Shown: piece by piece, positions 1 through 7,743 of the stretch
Layout of the letters: every line of letters begins with the position of its first letter
How positions within the stretch are numbered: the first letter of the stretch is position 1
Source of the DNA: Armatimonadota bacterium
Lineage (GTDB): Bacteria > Armatimonadota > SYMT01
Assembly (NCBI GenBank): GCA_041690135.1
Contig: JAWLHY010000001.1
Location: 1,408,001-1,472,000 of the forward strand
Direction of reading: 5' to 3'
Length of the DNA: 64,000 nt
The notes under the pieces: model-generated
Told to the model about the DNA's origin: nothing
The model's database searches: none
The model's input: the letters and a program-made list of their open reading frames with translations, nothing else
Position numbers and translations under genes: made by a program

Positions 1-1
1 C

Positions 2-370
2 CGCGGCCAGTGTGCGGTCTATGCCTACTGCCTGATGCCGGACCATCTCCACATCATCCTTCGGCTGGTGCCCGCCGGGGCGACTTCTGCCGGAGAATTC
101 GATTCTGTGGAAGATGAGCCTGCACAGGGCTTGAAGGCCATCGTGGCCAACTTCAAGCGCTACACCACCACGCAGGTGGCCTGGCGTCATGGTCTTACTG
201 GCAGGCTGTGGCAAAGAGACTTCTACGACCACGTCGGCCGCAAATCCGATGACATCGAGGCGCAGTGCCGGTATGTCCTCAATAATCCCGTCCGCGCAGG
301 CCTAACGGAGGATTGGCAAGATTATCCCTGGTGCGGAATTCTCGATGAGTGGCGTTGGGAGCAGAGTTGA
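2..370 (+). mobile_element. REP-associated tyrosine transposase (RAYT/TnpA-REP, IS200-like HUH Y1), 5'-truncated by window edge
   Basis: Frame open from nt 2: AYCLMPDHLHIIL (HUH), NFKRYT, LWQRDFYDH, RYVLNNPVRAGL..WQDYPW (catalytic Tyr/NP motif); GTAG REP hairpins directly downstream. Confidence 0.88.
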
Positions 371-469
371 TCCGGCGGGGGCGGTGTCCCGGAGCGGGCG
401 CAATTGTCGGCGCGCCGCTGTTCACGGACCTCTTGCAACTGAACGGTTTTGTGTTGGTCACGGAACGGT

Positions 470-496
470 GTAGGGCAGGCTTTCCTATGCCTGCCC
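470..496 (+). repeat. GTAG-type REP hairpin
   Basis: GTAGGGCAGGC-TTTCCTAT-GCCTGCCC, perfect 8-bp stem, 100 bp downstream of RAYT. Confidence 0.8.
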
Positions 497-644
497 TGGA
501 TTGGGCTTTGTCTTCGTACTGCCAGGCGGCACAAGCCTCAACGCGTGATGCCCAATGGCGGGTGCCCCTGGATCAGAACCCTAGCGTTGGAGCGGTTCCA
601 GCGTGTTGGCCCGGCCGGCGAGACAGGTACCGTGCACATCACCA

Positions 645-669
645 GGCCGGGACTGAGATCCGGCCCTAC
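645..669 (-). repeat. GTAG-type REP hairpin (inverted partner of 470-496)
   Basis: Minus strand GTAG-GGCCGG-ATCTCAGTC-CCGGCC. Confidence 0.75.
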
Positions 670-795
670 ATTGCACGCGGCCCAGGCACGCGACCCCCTG
701 GCACGCGCGTAGGCACGCCGCAGTACGCGCACATGAACGTGCAATGCCGAATGCCCGGCATTGATCCCTACTGTGGGGCCTCGACGCCAAATACC

Positions 796-1566
796 TCAGG
801 CCGTGATTAACGGCACGCGGGTGGCGCGTTGGGTGGCGGCGAGGAGACCGCGGAAGTAGCCGACGGCCTTAGCATAGGCCAGGGGTCCGGAAAGACCATC
901 GATGAGAAGAGGTCCCTCGAAGCCGCTCTTCACCAACAGCCGCATCACCGCCGGCCAGTCGATGTCGCGGCTCTCTTCCGGCTTGCCGTTGAGGAGGGTG
1001 TCGAAGGTGAGGATGCGACCCGCCGCCGTGCCGAGACTCGCGCGGTTGCCGCGGAAGTGGTCCGCCCCGGCGCCGATCCCCAGCCAGGGTGAGCCCATGG
1101 ACTGCGTGATGGTTGCCAGTTCCGAGAGGGGCATCGTCCCCTGGAAGGCGATGTGGACCCCGGACGTCTCCGCTTCCGGGAGGAGGCCTTCGAGGAACGG
1201 TTCGATCACCTCGCGCCCTACCCGTGGCAGCCAGGTGACGTCCAGGGGCTCCACCCCCGCCTCACCCAGCGCCGTGAGAAGGGCCCGGGTCTCGAAGAGC
1301 CACTGGGCACGCCAGGACTCGTCCTCCACGGGCGCATCCGGCGGCACTCGCAGCCGTTCCGGTACCACACCGATCCCCTCCGCCTCCAGGCGCACCTTCA
1401 TCGCGAGTAGCGCCGGTCCGTTGGGCTGATCGTCGGCGCCCAGTGGAGGCATCAGGCGCACCGCGTCGGGACGGCATTCGTGAAGGTAGTCGAATAGCGG
1501 CTCCAGGTCGAGGATGGAGTCCGCGATTTCGCGGCCGTGGGCGGTGGCGGGGATGGTGATGAGCAT
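796..1566 (-). CDS. Xylose-isomerase-like TIM-barrel protein, mannonate dehydratase (UxuA)-like C-terminus, probably degenerate
   Basis: DIDWPAVMRLLVKSGFEGPLLID and AYAKAVGYFRGLL resemble the UxuA/AP-endonuclease-2 C-terminus; start uncertain (1566 or 1632). Confidence 0.5.
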   Translation of the reverse strand: MLITIPATAHGREIADSILDLEPLFDYLHECRPDAVRLMPPLGADDQPNGPALLAMKVRLEAEGIGVVPERLRVPPDAPVEDESWRAQWLFETRALLTALGEAGVEPLDVTWLPRVGREVIEPFLEGLLPEAETSGVHIAFQGTMPLSELATITQSMGSPWLGIGAGADHFRGNRASLGTAAGRILTFDTLLNGKPEESRDIDWPAVMRLLVKSGFEGPLLIDGLSGPLAYAKAVGYFRGLLAATQRATRVPLITA

Positions 1567-1680
1567 AGAAGATTCTGTGTCGATCGGTTGCAATTGCGAA
1601 ATCGGCCCGGTCGCGGGCTTCTCCGCATGCACTTACCACCGGTCGAACGGGCGCCAAACGCGGCCCCGCTCTTCTCCGGT

Positions 1681-2739
1681 TCAACCGCCGATCTGACTCA
1701 TGTTCCGCTCCGGCTTCTCAAAGCCGGATTGATTGATGAGATGCCCGGTCCACTTGTCCTGCACGCAGTCGACGAAGAGCCATGCCAGCTCCTCGTCCGT
1801 GGCGCCCGCGCGCAGCGGGGTCTTGAGGTCGGTTTCCGCGACGGCGAAAAGGCAGTGCCGCAGCTTTCCGTCGGCGGTCAGGCGGATCCGGTTACAGGTG
1901 CCGCAGAACGGTTCCGTCACGGTGGGGATGATCCCGATCTCCCCCCGCCCGTCGCTGAAGCGATAGAGGGTGGCCGGATCGGAAGAACCGGCGGGGCTCG
2001 CGCGCTCCAGGGGATACACGGCGGAGATGGTGTCCAGGATCTCCTGTGCCGTTAAGACCTGGGAGCGGTCCCAACCGCCGTCGCCGTCTAGCGGCATGAA
2101 CTCGATGAACCGCACCTGATACGCCTTTTCCCGGGCCAACTCCGCGAAGCGCAGCAACTCCGGCTCGGTGAAGTCCTTCATCGCGACGGCATTCACCTTG
2201 ATGGGCGAGAAACCCACGCGGGCCGCCGCCTCCAGGCCGCGCATCACCGCGTCGAACAGGGGACGGCGGGTGACCTCAGCAAACTTGGCCGGGTCGAGGC
2301 TGTCGAGGCTGACGTTCAAGCGCCGGAGGCCGCCATCCCACAACTCCTGGGCCATCGCCTCCAGGCGCACGCCGTTGGTGGTGAGGCTCAGATCGCGCAG
2401 TCCCTCCAGACCGGTCAAGCCGCGTACCAGGATCGGGAGGTCGCGCCGGACCAGGGGTTCCCCGCCTGTCAGCCGGATCTTGTCCACGCCCAGCGCGGTC
2501 GCGATACGGGCCAGGCGCATGATCTCCTCATAGGTGAGGATTACCTCTTTCGGGTAGAACTCCATCTCCTCCGGCATGCAGTAGACGCACCGGAAATTGC
2601 AGCGGTCGGTGATGGAAATCCGGAGGTTGGTATGCACTCTGCCGAACCGGTCCACCAGCCGCGACGGCAAGGGCTCCCGTCGTTCGGCCGGGGGCCGGTG
2701 GGCCGCCTGAAGTTGGTTGAGCGGGATGAGGCCGGACAT
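1681..2739 (-). CDS. moaA: GTP 3',8-cyclase MoaA (radical SAM)
   Basis: LRISITDRCNFRCVYCMP, RLTGGEPL, TTNG, RFIEFMP, FCGTCNRIRLTADG, C-terminal MSQIGG; start taken at ATG 2739. Confidence 0.97.
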   Translation of the reverse strand: MSGLIPLNQLQAAHRPPAERREPLPSRLVDRFGRVHTNLRISITDRCNFRCVYCMPEEMEFYPKEVILTYEEIMRLARIATALGVDKIRLTGGEPLVRRDLPILVRGLTGLEGLRDLSLTTNGVRLEAMAQELWDGGLRRLNVSLDSLDPAKFAEVTRRPLFDAVMRGLEAAARVGFSPIKVNAVAMKDFTEPELLRFAELAREKAYQVRFIEFMPLDGDGGWDRSQVLTAQEILDTISAVYPLERASPAGSSDPATLYRFSDGRGEIGIIPTVTEPFCGTCNRIRLTADGKLRHCLFAVAETDLKTPLRAGATDEELAWLFVDCVQDKWTGHLINQSGFEKPERNMSQIGG

Positions 2740-2741
2740 AT

Positions 2742-2855
2742 TGCGTGATGCGTAATGCGTAATGCGTAATGCGTAATGTTTCGTGCAGTTGGAGCTTGGG
2801 GGCGTGACGGGCGCCTCCGACGCTGGTTGCGTATTGCGTATTTCGTATTGCGTAA
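2742..2855. repeat. Heptamer tandem repeats (TGCGTAA/TGCGTAT)n in two blocks
   Basis: tgcgtga tgcgtaa tgcgtaa tgcgtaa tgcgtaa (2742-2776) and tgcgtat tgcgtat ttcgtat tgcgtaa (2828-2855). Confidence 0.9.
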
Positions 2856-2950
2856 GGGAGCGTAAACAGAGTATAGCCCGAGTTTCGCCAGAGGTGAATG
2901 TCGGCTCGATTGCCGACCCGTCATGCTCATATCCCAGGCAGGACCTTCCG

Positions 2951-3130
2951 TCAGTCCCGGTAACGCGTGTGGCGGAGGAGCAGTGCCGCCACGATCGCCA
3001 CCGCGACCAGGATGAGCGGCACTCCCACTCCTTCTCCCAGGCTGGTGATGCCACGCACCGCCAGGGCCACGGCGGCGATGACCCCGGCCACGGTCCAAAC
3101 GGTGCGGTAGGTACTACTCTGACGAGGCAT
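2951..3130 (-). CDS. Small two-TM membrane protein (59 aa; below ORF-track cutoff)
   Basis: MPRQSSTYRTVWTVAGVIAAVALAVRGITSLGEGVGVPLILVAVAIVAALLLRHTRYRD*; start overlaps end of upstream gene. Confidence 0.65.
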   Translation of the reverse strand: MPRQSSTYRTVWTVAGVIAAVALAVRGITSLGEGVGVPLILVAVAIVAALLLRHTRYRD

Positions 3131-3485
3131 GGGATTCAGGCGTTTCCTCTTCCAACGCTCGCACCGGATCCGGGAAGTCCCGGTAGAGCGCGAAGCGGAG
3201 ATCCTTTACCGCAGAGTATACCGCCGCGTGGAGCGGCTCGACCTCCCCATCGCGGGTGGCGGCGCGGTTGAAAGCGCGGTCTAACTGCGTGAGATCCCGG
3301 ACCTCGATGATGAGGTGAAACTCCCCGAGGTCGTTCGGCGCCAGCCCCAGCTTTTTGCGGGTGATCCGGTAGCCGGCGATCAGGTCCCGTTCCTGGAGAT
3401 AGTTCATCCACTCGCGGAACGCGCGCACGAACTCCAGGTCGCTCTTCTGCCCGTTCAGGTTGCACCAGATGTGGTAGTAGTTCAT
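3114..3485 (-). CDS. DUF6614-like protein
   Basis: YHIWCNL..SDLEF..YRITRKKLGL..EFHLIIEV..LDRAF..FALYRDFPD, recognised from memory as the DUF6614 pattern. Confidence 0.7.
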   Translation of the reverse strand: MNYYHIWCNLNGQKSDLEFVRAFREWMNYLQERDLIAGYRITRKKLGLAPNDLGEFHLIIEVRDLTQLDRAFNRAATRDGEVEPLHAAVYSAVKDLRFALYRDFPDPVRALEEETPESHASSE

Positions 3486-3943
3486 CAGTTGACTGACCAG
3501 ACGTAAACCGTTCGCATCCCGACCCCTTCGGGCTCCACCAGCACCCCTACCCCGGGCGCTTCAGTGAAGGCCCCTCCCGCCACCTTCTGACCGTCCTTCG
3601 GTTGGAGACTCCATCTCGCCTGGAGATGCCGCGGCAGGCTGCGGATGAACCGGCACACCACCTCGGGGCGCTCATTTTGGGTCCCCCGGAGCATCGATTG
3701 ACCGAGGAAGCGCCGCAGACCGGGATTGGTCATCTGCATACGGGCCACGAGGTATCTTCCCGATTGGAGCGTGATGTAGAGCTCGCCGCCATCCAGCTTC
3801 GCGTCATCGGGTAATTCGAGGTTGGTGTAGTCTTCTACCGTCGCCAGGTCCCTCACGTGAAGAGTCCGCTCGCTGCCGAACATCAGGAACGCGAGAGGTA
3901 GTATTACTGCCACACCCAGCGCCAGTTTCCACGCAAGTTTCAT
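3485..3943 (-). CDS. Hypothetical protein with N-terminal membrane anchor/signal
   Basis: KLAWKLALGVAVILPLAFLMF; TGATG coupling with downstream gene; GAGGTGG upstream. Confidence 0.7.
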   Translation of the reverse strand: MKLAWKLALGVAVILPLAFLMFGSERTLHVRDLATVEDYTNLELPDDAKLDGGELYITLQSGRYLVARMQMTNPGLRRFLGQSMLRGTQNERPEVVCRFIRSLPRHLQARWSLQPKDGQKVAGGAFTEAPGVGVLVEPEGVGMRTVYVWSVN

Positions 3944-4382
3944 GGCAGTTCCACCTCGCGCGCTTCCGTCACGGGGTGGGCCGCGGCCCAGTCCCCTTGT
4001 GGATCATCTTATCCGGAGTTCAATCCATCCAGAGTAGATGTCACAGGAACGGGACGAGGCAGCAGTGGCGCGAATACGAAGTTTATACTCGCTCGTCAGC
4101 ACCAGGACAGGGCAAACACAGCGTCAGTTCTACAGTGCCTCCGATTGGCAAGAACAAGGAGCAGCCGAGTCCGCCCAGCGAGTTCTTCCGTGCCGATCCG
4201 TCCGCTCCGTGTCATCCGTGTCCAGAATTCGGAAACTCCAAAGCTAAGAAACCAAACTGGGGCAAGGCATTCAGGCCGGCGATAACCAATATAGGAAATG
4301 GAGGGCGCAGGGCGCCTCCGGGCGGCGGCTCTCCCCGGCAGAGGTGGGAAGCGGCGGGACCGAGTCGACACGAGGAGTGAGC

Positions 4383-5906
4383 ATGCGACGAGAAGTATGG
4401 ATCGCCGGCGGTGTGATGGGAGCCTTGCTCGGGGTGGTGTTTCCGGCGGCCAGCCAGGGTCCGGCGGCCCCCGCTCCGATCGTCCAGGTGGGCGGGGATC
4501 CGGGCGGGGAGCGGGCGCTCACCTTCCACGTGGATCAGATCGATGTCAATGCCGGTCGCTATCTCCTGAAGAAGCTTGCTCCCCTGGGTAAGGCGATCTT
4601 TGAGGCGGCGTTCACCGATGAGGACGGGCGTGGTCGCCCGAACCACACCGGCGAGTTGCCGCCGCGGACCCGCACGCCCCGGTTCGGGCTGGACGGCTTC
4701 AACCGGGTGAGCGGTCCGGAAGCCGATTCCTGTGCCGGGTGTCACAATCGCCCGCGGGTGGGCGGCGGTGGGGACAACGCCACCAACGTCTTCTCGCTGG
4801 CGGAGCGGTTCGCCTTTTTCGACGATCCGAGCCAGCCGGATGAAAACAACGAGGCGCCGGTCTATACGTTGCAGGCGGCGGGGAACGAACGGAATGCCCC
4901 CAGTCTTTTCGGTGCGGGCCTGATCGAAATGCTGGCAAGGGAGATGACCGACGAGCTCCATGCCGCTCGCGCCCTGGCGTCGCAGCTTGCGGCCCAGCGC
5001 GGCAGCAATGTCCGCCACCCGCTCGTGGCCAAAGGCGTGAGCTTCGGGTTCATCACGGCCAAGCCGGACAACACCTTCCTCACCCACGAAGTGGAAGGCG
5101 TGGACCCCGATCTCGTTATCCGCCCCTTCGGCGCCAAGGGGACCGTCGTCTCCATTCGCGAGTTCGCCGACCGGGAGCTCTTCCAGCGCCACGGTATGCA
5201 GACCGTGGAGCGCTTTGGGCAGAACACGGACAGCGATGGCGATGGAGTCGCTAACGAGATCACTCCCGGAGACCTCACGGCCCTGGTTTCCTACATCGCC
5301 CAGCTCGGAACGCCGGGCCACATCATCCCACGCAACCCGCGCTACTCCCTTCCCGCGCGCCGGGGCGAGCAGTTGTTCCGCCAGGTAGGGTGCAACAGCT
5401 GCCACGTGCCAGAGATGACAATCAACAGCCCCTATTACACGGAGCCGAACCCGCACAACCCGGATGGACTGCTCAAGCTCAGCCAGGTGTCGCGACCGTT
5501 CCGGTTCGACCTGCGCCGGGAGAGTGAGGCCCCCCGCACCGATACCCGTGCGGGCCTGTTGATCGTGCAGCCGTTCACCGATCTCAAGCGCCACAACATG
5601 GGCAACCATCCGCTGATGAACAGCGAGCCGTACACGGAGCGCGGGTTGCCGACCAATGTCTTCATCACCCGCAAGTTGTGGGGCTTCTACAGCGAGCCGC
5701 ACTTTCTGCACAACGGCCGGGCGACGCGGGTCACCGATGCCATACTGGCGCATGGTGGTGAGGGCCAGGACGCCCGCGACCGTTTTGCCGCGCTCAATGA
5801 CCTGGACAAGGGCGCCGTCATCGAGTACTTGAAGACGTTCCGGGTACTCCCCGAGGGTAGCCGTTTCCGGGTCATCAACGACCTGGGACGCGCGACCTCC
5901 TTTTGA
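4383..5906 (+). CDS. Di-heme oxidoreductase (DHOR)/cytochrome c peroxidase-like exported protein
   Basis: Signal peptide; CAGCH and CNSCH heme motifs; RNAPSLFGAGLIE, FTDLKRHNMG, T..LWG....FLHNGRA, AILAHGGE; RBS GAGGAG. Confidence 0.85.
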   Translation: MRREVWIAGGVMGALLGVVFPAASQGPAAPAPIVQVGGDPGGERALTFHVDQIDVNAGRYLLKKLAPLGKAIFEAAFTDEDGRGRPNHTGELPPRTRTPRFGLDGFNRVSGPEADSCAGCHNRPRVGGGGDNATNVFSLAERFAFFDDPSQPDENNEAPVYTLQAAGNERNAPSLFGAGLIEMLAREMTDELHAARALASQLAAQRGSNVRHPLVAKGVSFGFITAKPDNTFLTHEVEGVDPDLVIRPFGAKGTVVSIREFADRELFQRHGMQTVERFGQNTDSDGDGVANEITPGDLTALVSYIAQLGTPGHIIPRNPRYSLPARRGEQLFRQVGCNSCHVPEMTINSPYYTEPNPHNPDGLLKLSQVSRPFRFDLRRESEAPRTDTRAGLLIVQPFTDLKRHNMGNHPLMNSEPYTERGLPTNVFITRKLWGFYSEPHFLHNGRATRVTDAILAHGGEGQDARDRFAALNDLDKGAVIEYLKTFRVLPEGSRFRVINDLGRATSF

Positions 5907-5937
5907 CTCGGTATCTGAATTCCGGTAAGGTGGTGCC

Positions 5938-6387
5938 GTGAGAGCCGTAGTCCAGCGTGTCCGGCAGGGTCGAGTCCGTGTCGGTGAAGAGACGGTCGGG
6001 GAGATTGGCCCCGGCCTGATGGTCCTGGTGGGCGTCCGGCAGACGGATACCGCCGTCGATGTCCAGTACATCGCCGACAAGATCGCCAACCTCCGGATCC
6101 TGGACGACGAGCAGGGTCGCATGGACCGCAGCGCCCTCGACCGCGGCGCGGAGGTACTGGTGGTCAGCCAGTTCACCCTGTTCGGCGATGTCCGGAAGGG
6201 ACGCCGGCCCTCCTATTCCGAGGCAGCCCGCGGCGAGCAGGCCGAAGCTCTTTACGAGGCGGTGTGCGACCGTTTACGCGATGCCGGTCTGCGGGTAGCA
6301 ACCGGGCGGTTCGGTGCGGAAATGCTGATCGACATGATCGGCGACGGTCCCGTCACCATTCTGCTGGATAGCGAGCGAGTGTTTTAG
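5938..6387 (+). CDS. dtd: D-aminoacyl-tRNA deacylase
   Basis: MRAVVQRV, VVSQFTL, KGRRPS, TGRFGA.M, DGPVTILLDS. Confidence 0.97.
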   Translation: MRAVVQRVRQGRVRVGEETVGEIGPGLMVLVGVRQTDTAVDVQYIADKIANLRILDDEQGRMDRSALDRGAEVLVVSQFTLFGDVRKGRRPSYSEAARGEQAEALYEAVCDRLRDAGLRVATGRFGAEMLIDMIGDGPVTILLDSERVF

Positions 6388-6400
6388 AACCGGAAACCAG

Positions 6401-7285
6401 ATGTCCGACCGCGAATATCAACGGCGAACCCCCGTTCCCGGCCCGGCCGGCAATCCGGGGGAAGAACTGCCCCCCACGGCCGACGCCTTCACCACGTTAG
6501 GCGACAACCTGGCCGCGCAGGGGCGCCTGGAAGAGGCGATCGACAACTACAAGCAGGCCCTCCGGCTCGAAGGGGACAACCCCGACCGTCATACCCGGCT
6601 GGGGGATGCCTACGTTTTTGCCGAGAACAGCAGTCAGGCGCTGTACCACTACCGCCGGGCGCTGAAGGCGAACCCCCAGCACGCGGACACCCACTTTTCG
6701 CTCGCGGAAGTCTATCGGCGGTTCGGGAAGCTGAAGGGCGCGATCACGCTGTACCGGAAGGCGATTGACCTCGAGCCGACCAACCCCTACTACCACTACC
6801 GGCTGGGCACGGCCTTCCACCAGGCGGGAAACGTGGATGCCGCCGTCCGGGAGCTCTCCGAAGCGATCCGCCTGGCCCCGCGAGACGGCTTCTATCACTT
6901 CTGGTTGGGAGACCTCTTCCTCCAACTTCAGCGCGTGAAGGAGGCTTTGGCCGAGTTGGAAGCGGCCGTCAAACACGCGCCATTCGACGACTACTATTGC
7001 GTGCGCCTCGGCATGGCGTATGCGGTAATGAGCCGAGAGGAAGACGCCGTGGCGATGTTCCAGCGGGCGATCCGCCTGCGGCCCGGCAATGCCTCCTACC
7101 ACTACCTGATGGCGGACTCTTTCGCCCGGATGGGCTATGCCCTGCGCGCCGCCATGCACTACGAGATCGCCGGTGACCTGGATCCCTACGACCGCGAGTA
7201 CGTAGACCGGATGCGCAACCGCTTCACGCAGGCGGGCGGCGGACTCCGCCCCGAGGACTTCGGCCTCTCACCGTTCGAGAGTTGA
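6401..7285 (+). CDS. Tetratricopeptide repeat protein
   Basis: About 7 consecutive 34-aa repeats (LG..L...G..EEAI..Y..AL.L.P). Confidence 0.92.
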   Translation: MSDREYQRRTPVPGPAGNPGEELPPTADAFTTLGDNLAAQGRLEEAIDNYKQALRLEGDNPDRHTRLGDAYVFAENSSQALYHYRRALKANPQHADTHFSLAEVYRRFGKLKGAITLYRKAIDLEPTNPYYHYRLGTAFHQAGNVDAAVRELSEAIRLAPRDGFYHFWLGDLFLQLQRVKEALAELEAAVKHAPFDDYYCVRLGMAYAVMSREEDAVAMFQRAIRLRPGNASYHYLMADSFARMGYALRAAMHYEIAGDLDPYDREYVDRMRNRFTQAGGGLRPEDFGLSPFES

Positions 7286-7346
7286 TCCCCAGATCAGCGC
7301 TTTTCACAGGGCGAATGGAAGAAGTGAAGAAGTAGGGAATGGGAGT

Positions 7347-7378
7347 GTGGGAGAGGTCTTAATCAGGATCTCTCCCAC
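7347..7378. terminator. Stem-loop between convergent genes
   Basis: GTGGGAGAG-GTCTTAATCAGGAT-CTCTCCCAC. Confidence 0.45.
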
Positions 7379-7506
7379 TACTTAGTTTCTGGTGCTCCGA
7401 CACTTACTCCGGAGCCAGGTGGTGCGTCCGGGAAGTCCATTACGGCTTTCTGTCGACATCCGGTGAAGTGGTTCGGGCTCGCGCAGCGTCACGTATGCTC
7501 TGGATG

Positions 7507-7654
7507 GTAGGGAATGTGACGCCGTTCCATTCCGCAGGCACTGTTATTGATCCCGTTCGGCCAAACGGGACCGATCCTGACACGGGACGGCTACGGGTGG
7601 GCAGGACGGGATCAGCCCCAGGACGGCGGAACGCTGCGGCGAGACGTTCCCTAC
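7507..7654. repeat. Inverted GTAG REP doublet (REPIN-like)
   Basis: + GTAG-GGAATG-N11-CATTCC (7507-7533) and - GTAG-GGAACG-N11-CGTTCC (7654-7628). Confidence 0.8.
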
Positions 7655-7743
7655 CGCTGCCGTTTGCCAAAGTTTGCCGATCGGAATCCATTCCGCGCCG
7701 TCGCGCGTTGCGTTCCATTTTTCTACTTGCCAGATGTACCGCC

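Noticed and set aside
2740-3054. 105-aa N-terminal extension of MoaA in the ORF track (likewise 11839-11880 for MetH)
   Set aside because: Runs through heptamer repeats (YALRITH) and overlaps a small membrane gene; homology starts at the downstream ATG
4110-4175. c-di-GMP-I riboswitch-like fragments (GGGCAAAC...GCAGCCGAGTCCGCC) upstream of DHOR
   Set aside because: Lacks the GNRA-capped P2 stem and the GACGCAAAGC junction; an Rfam scan would be needed
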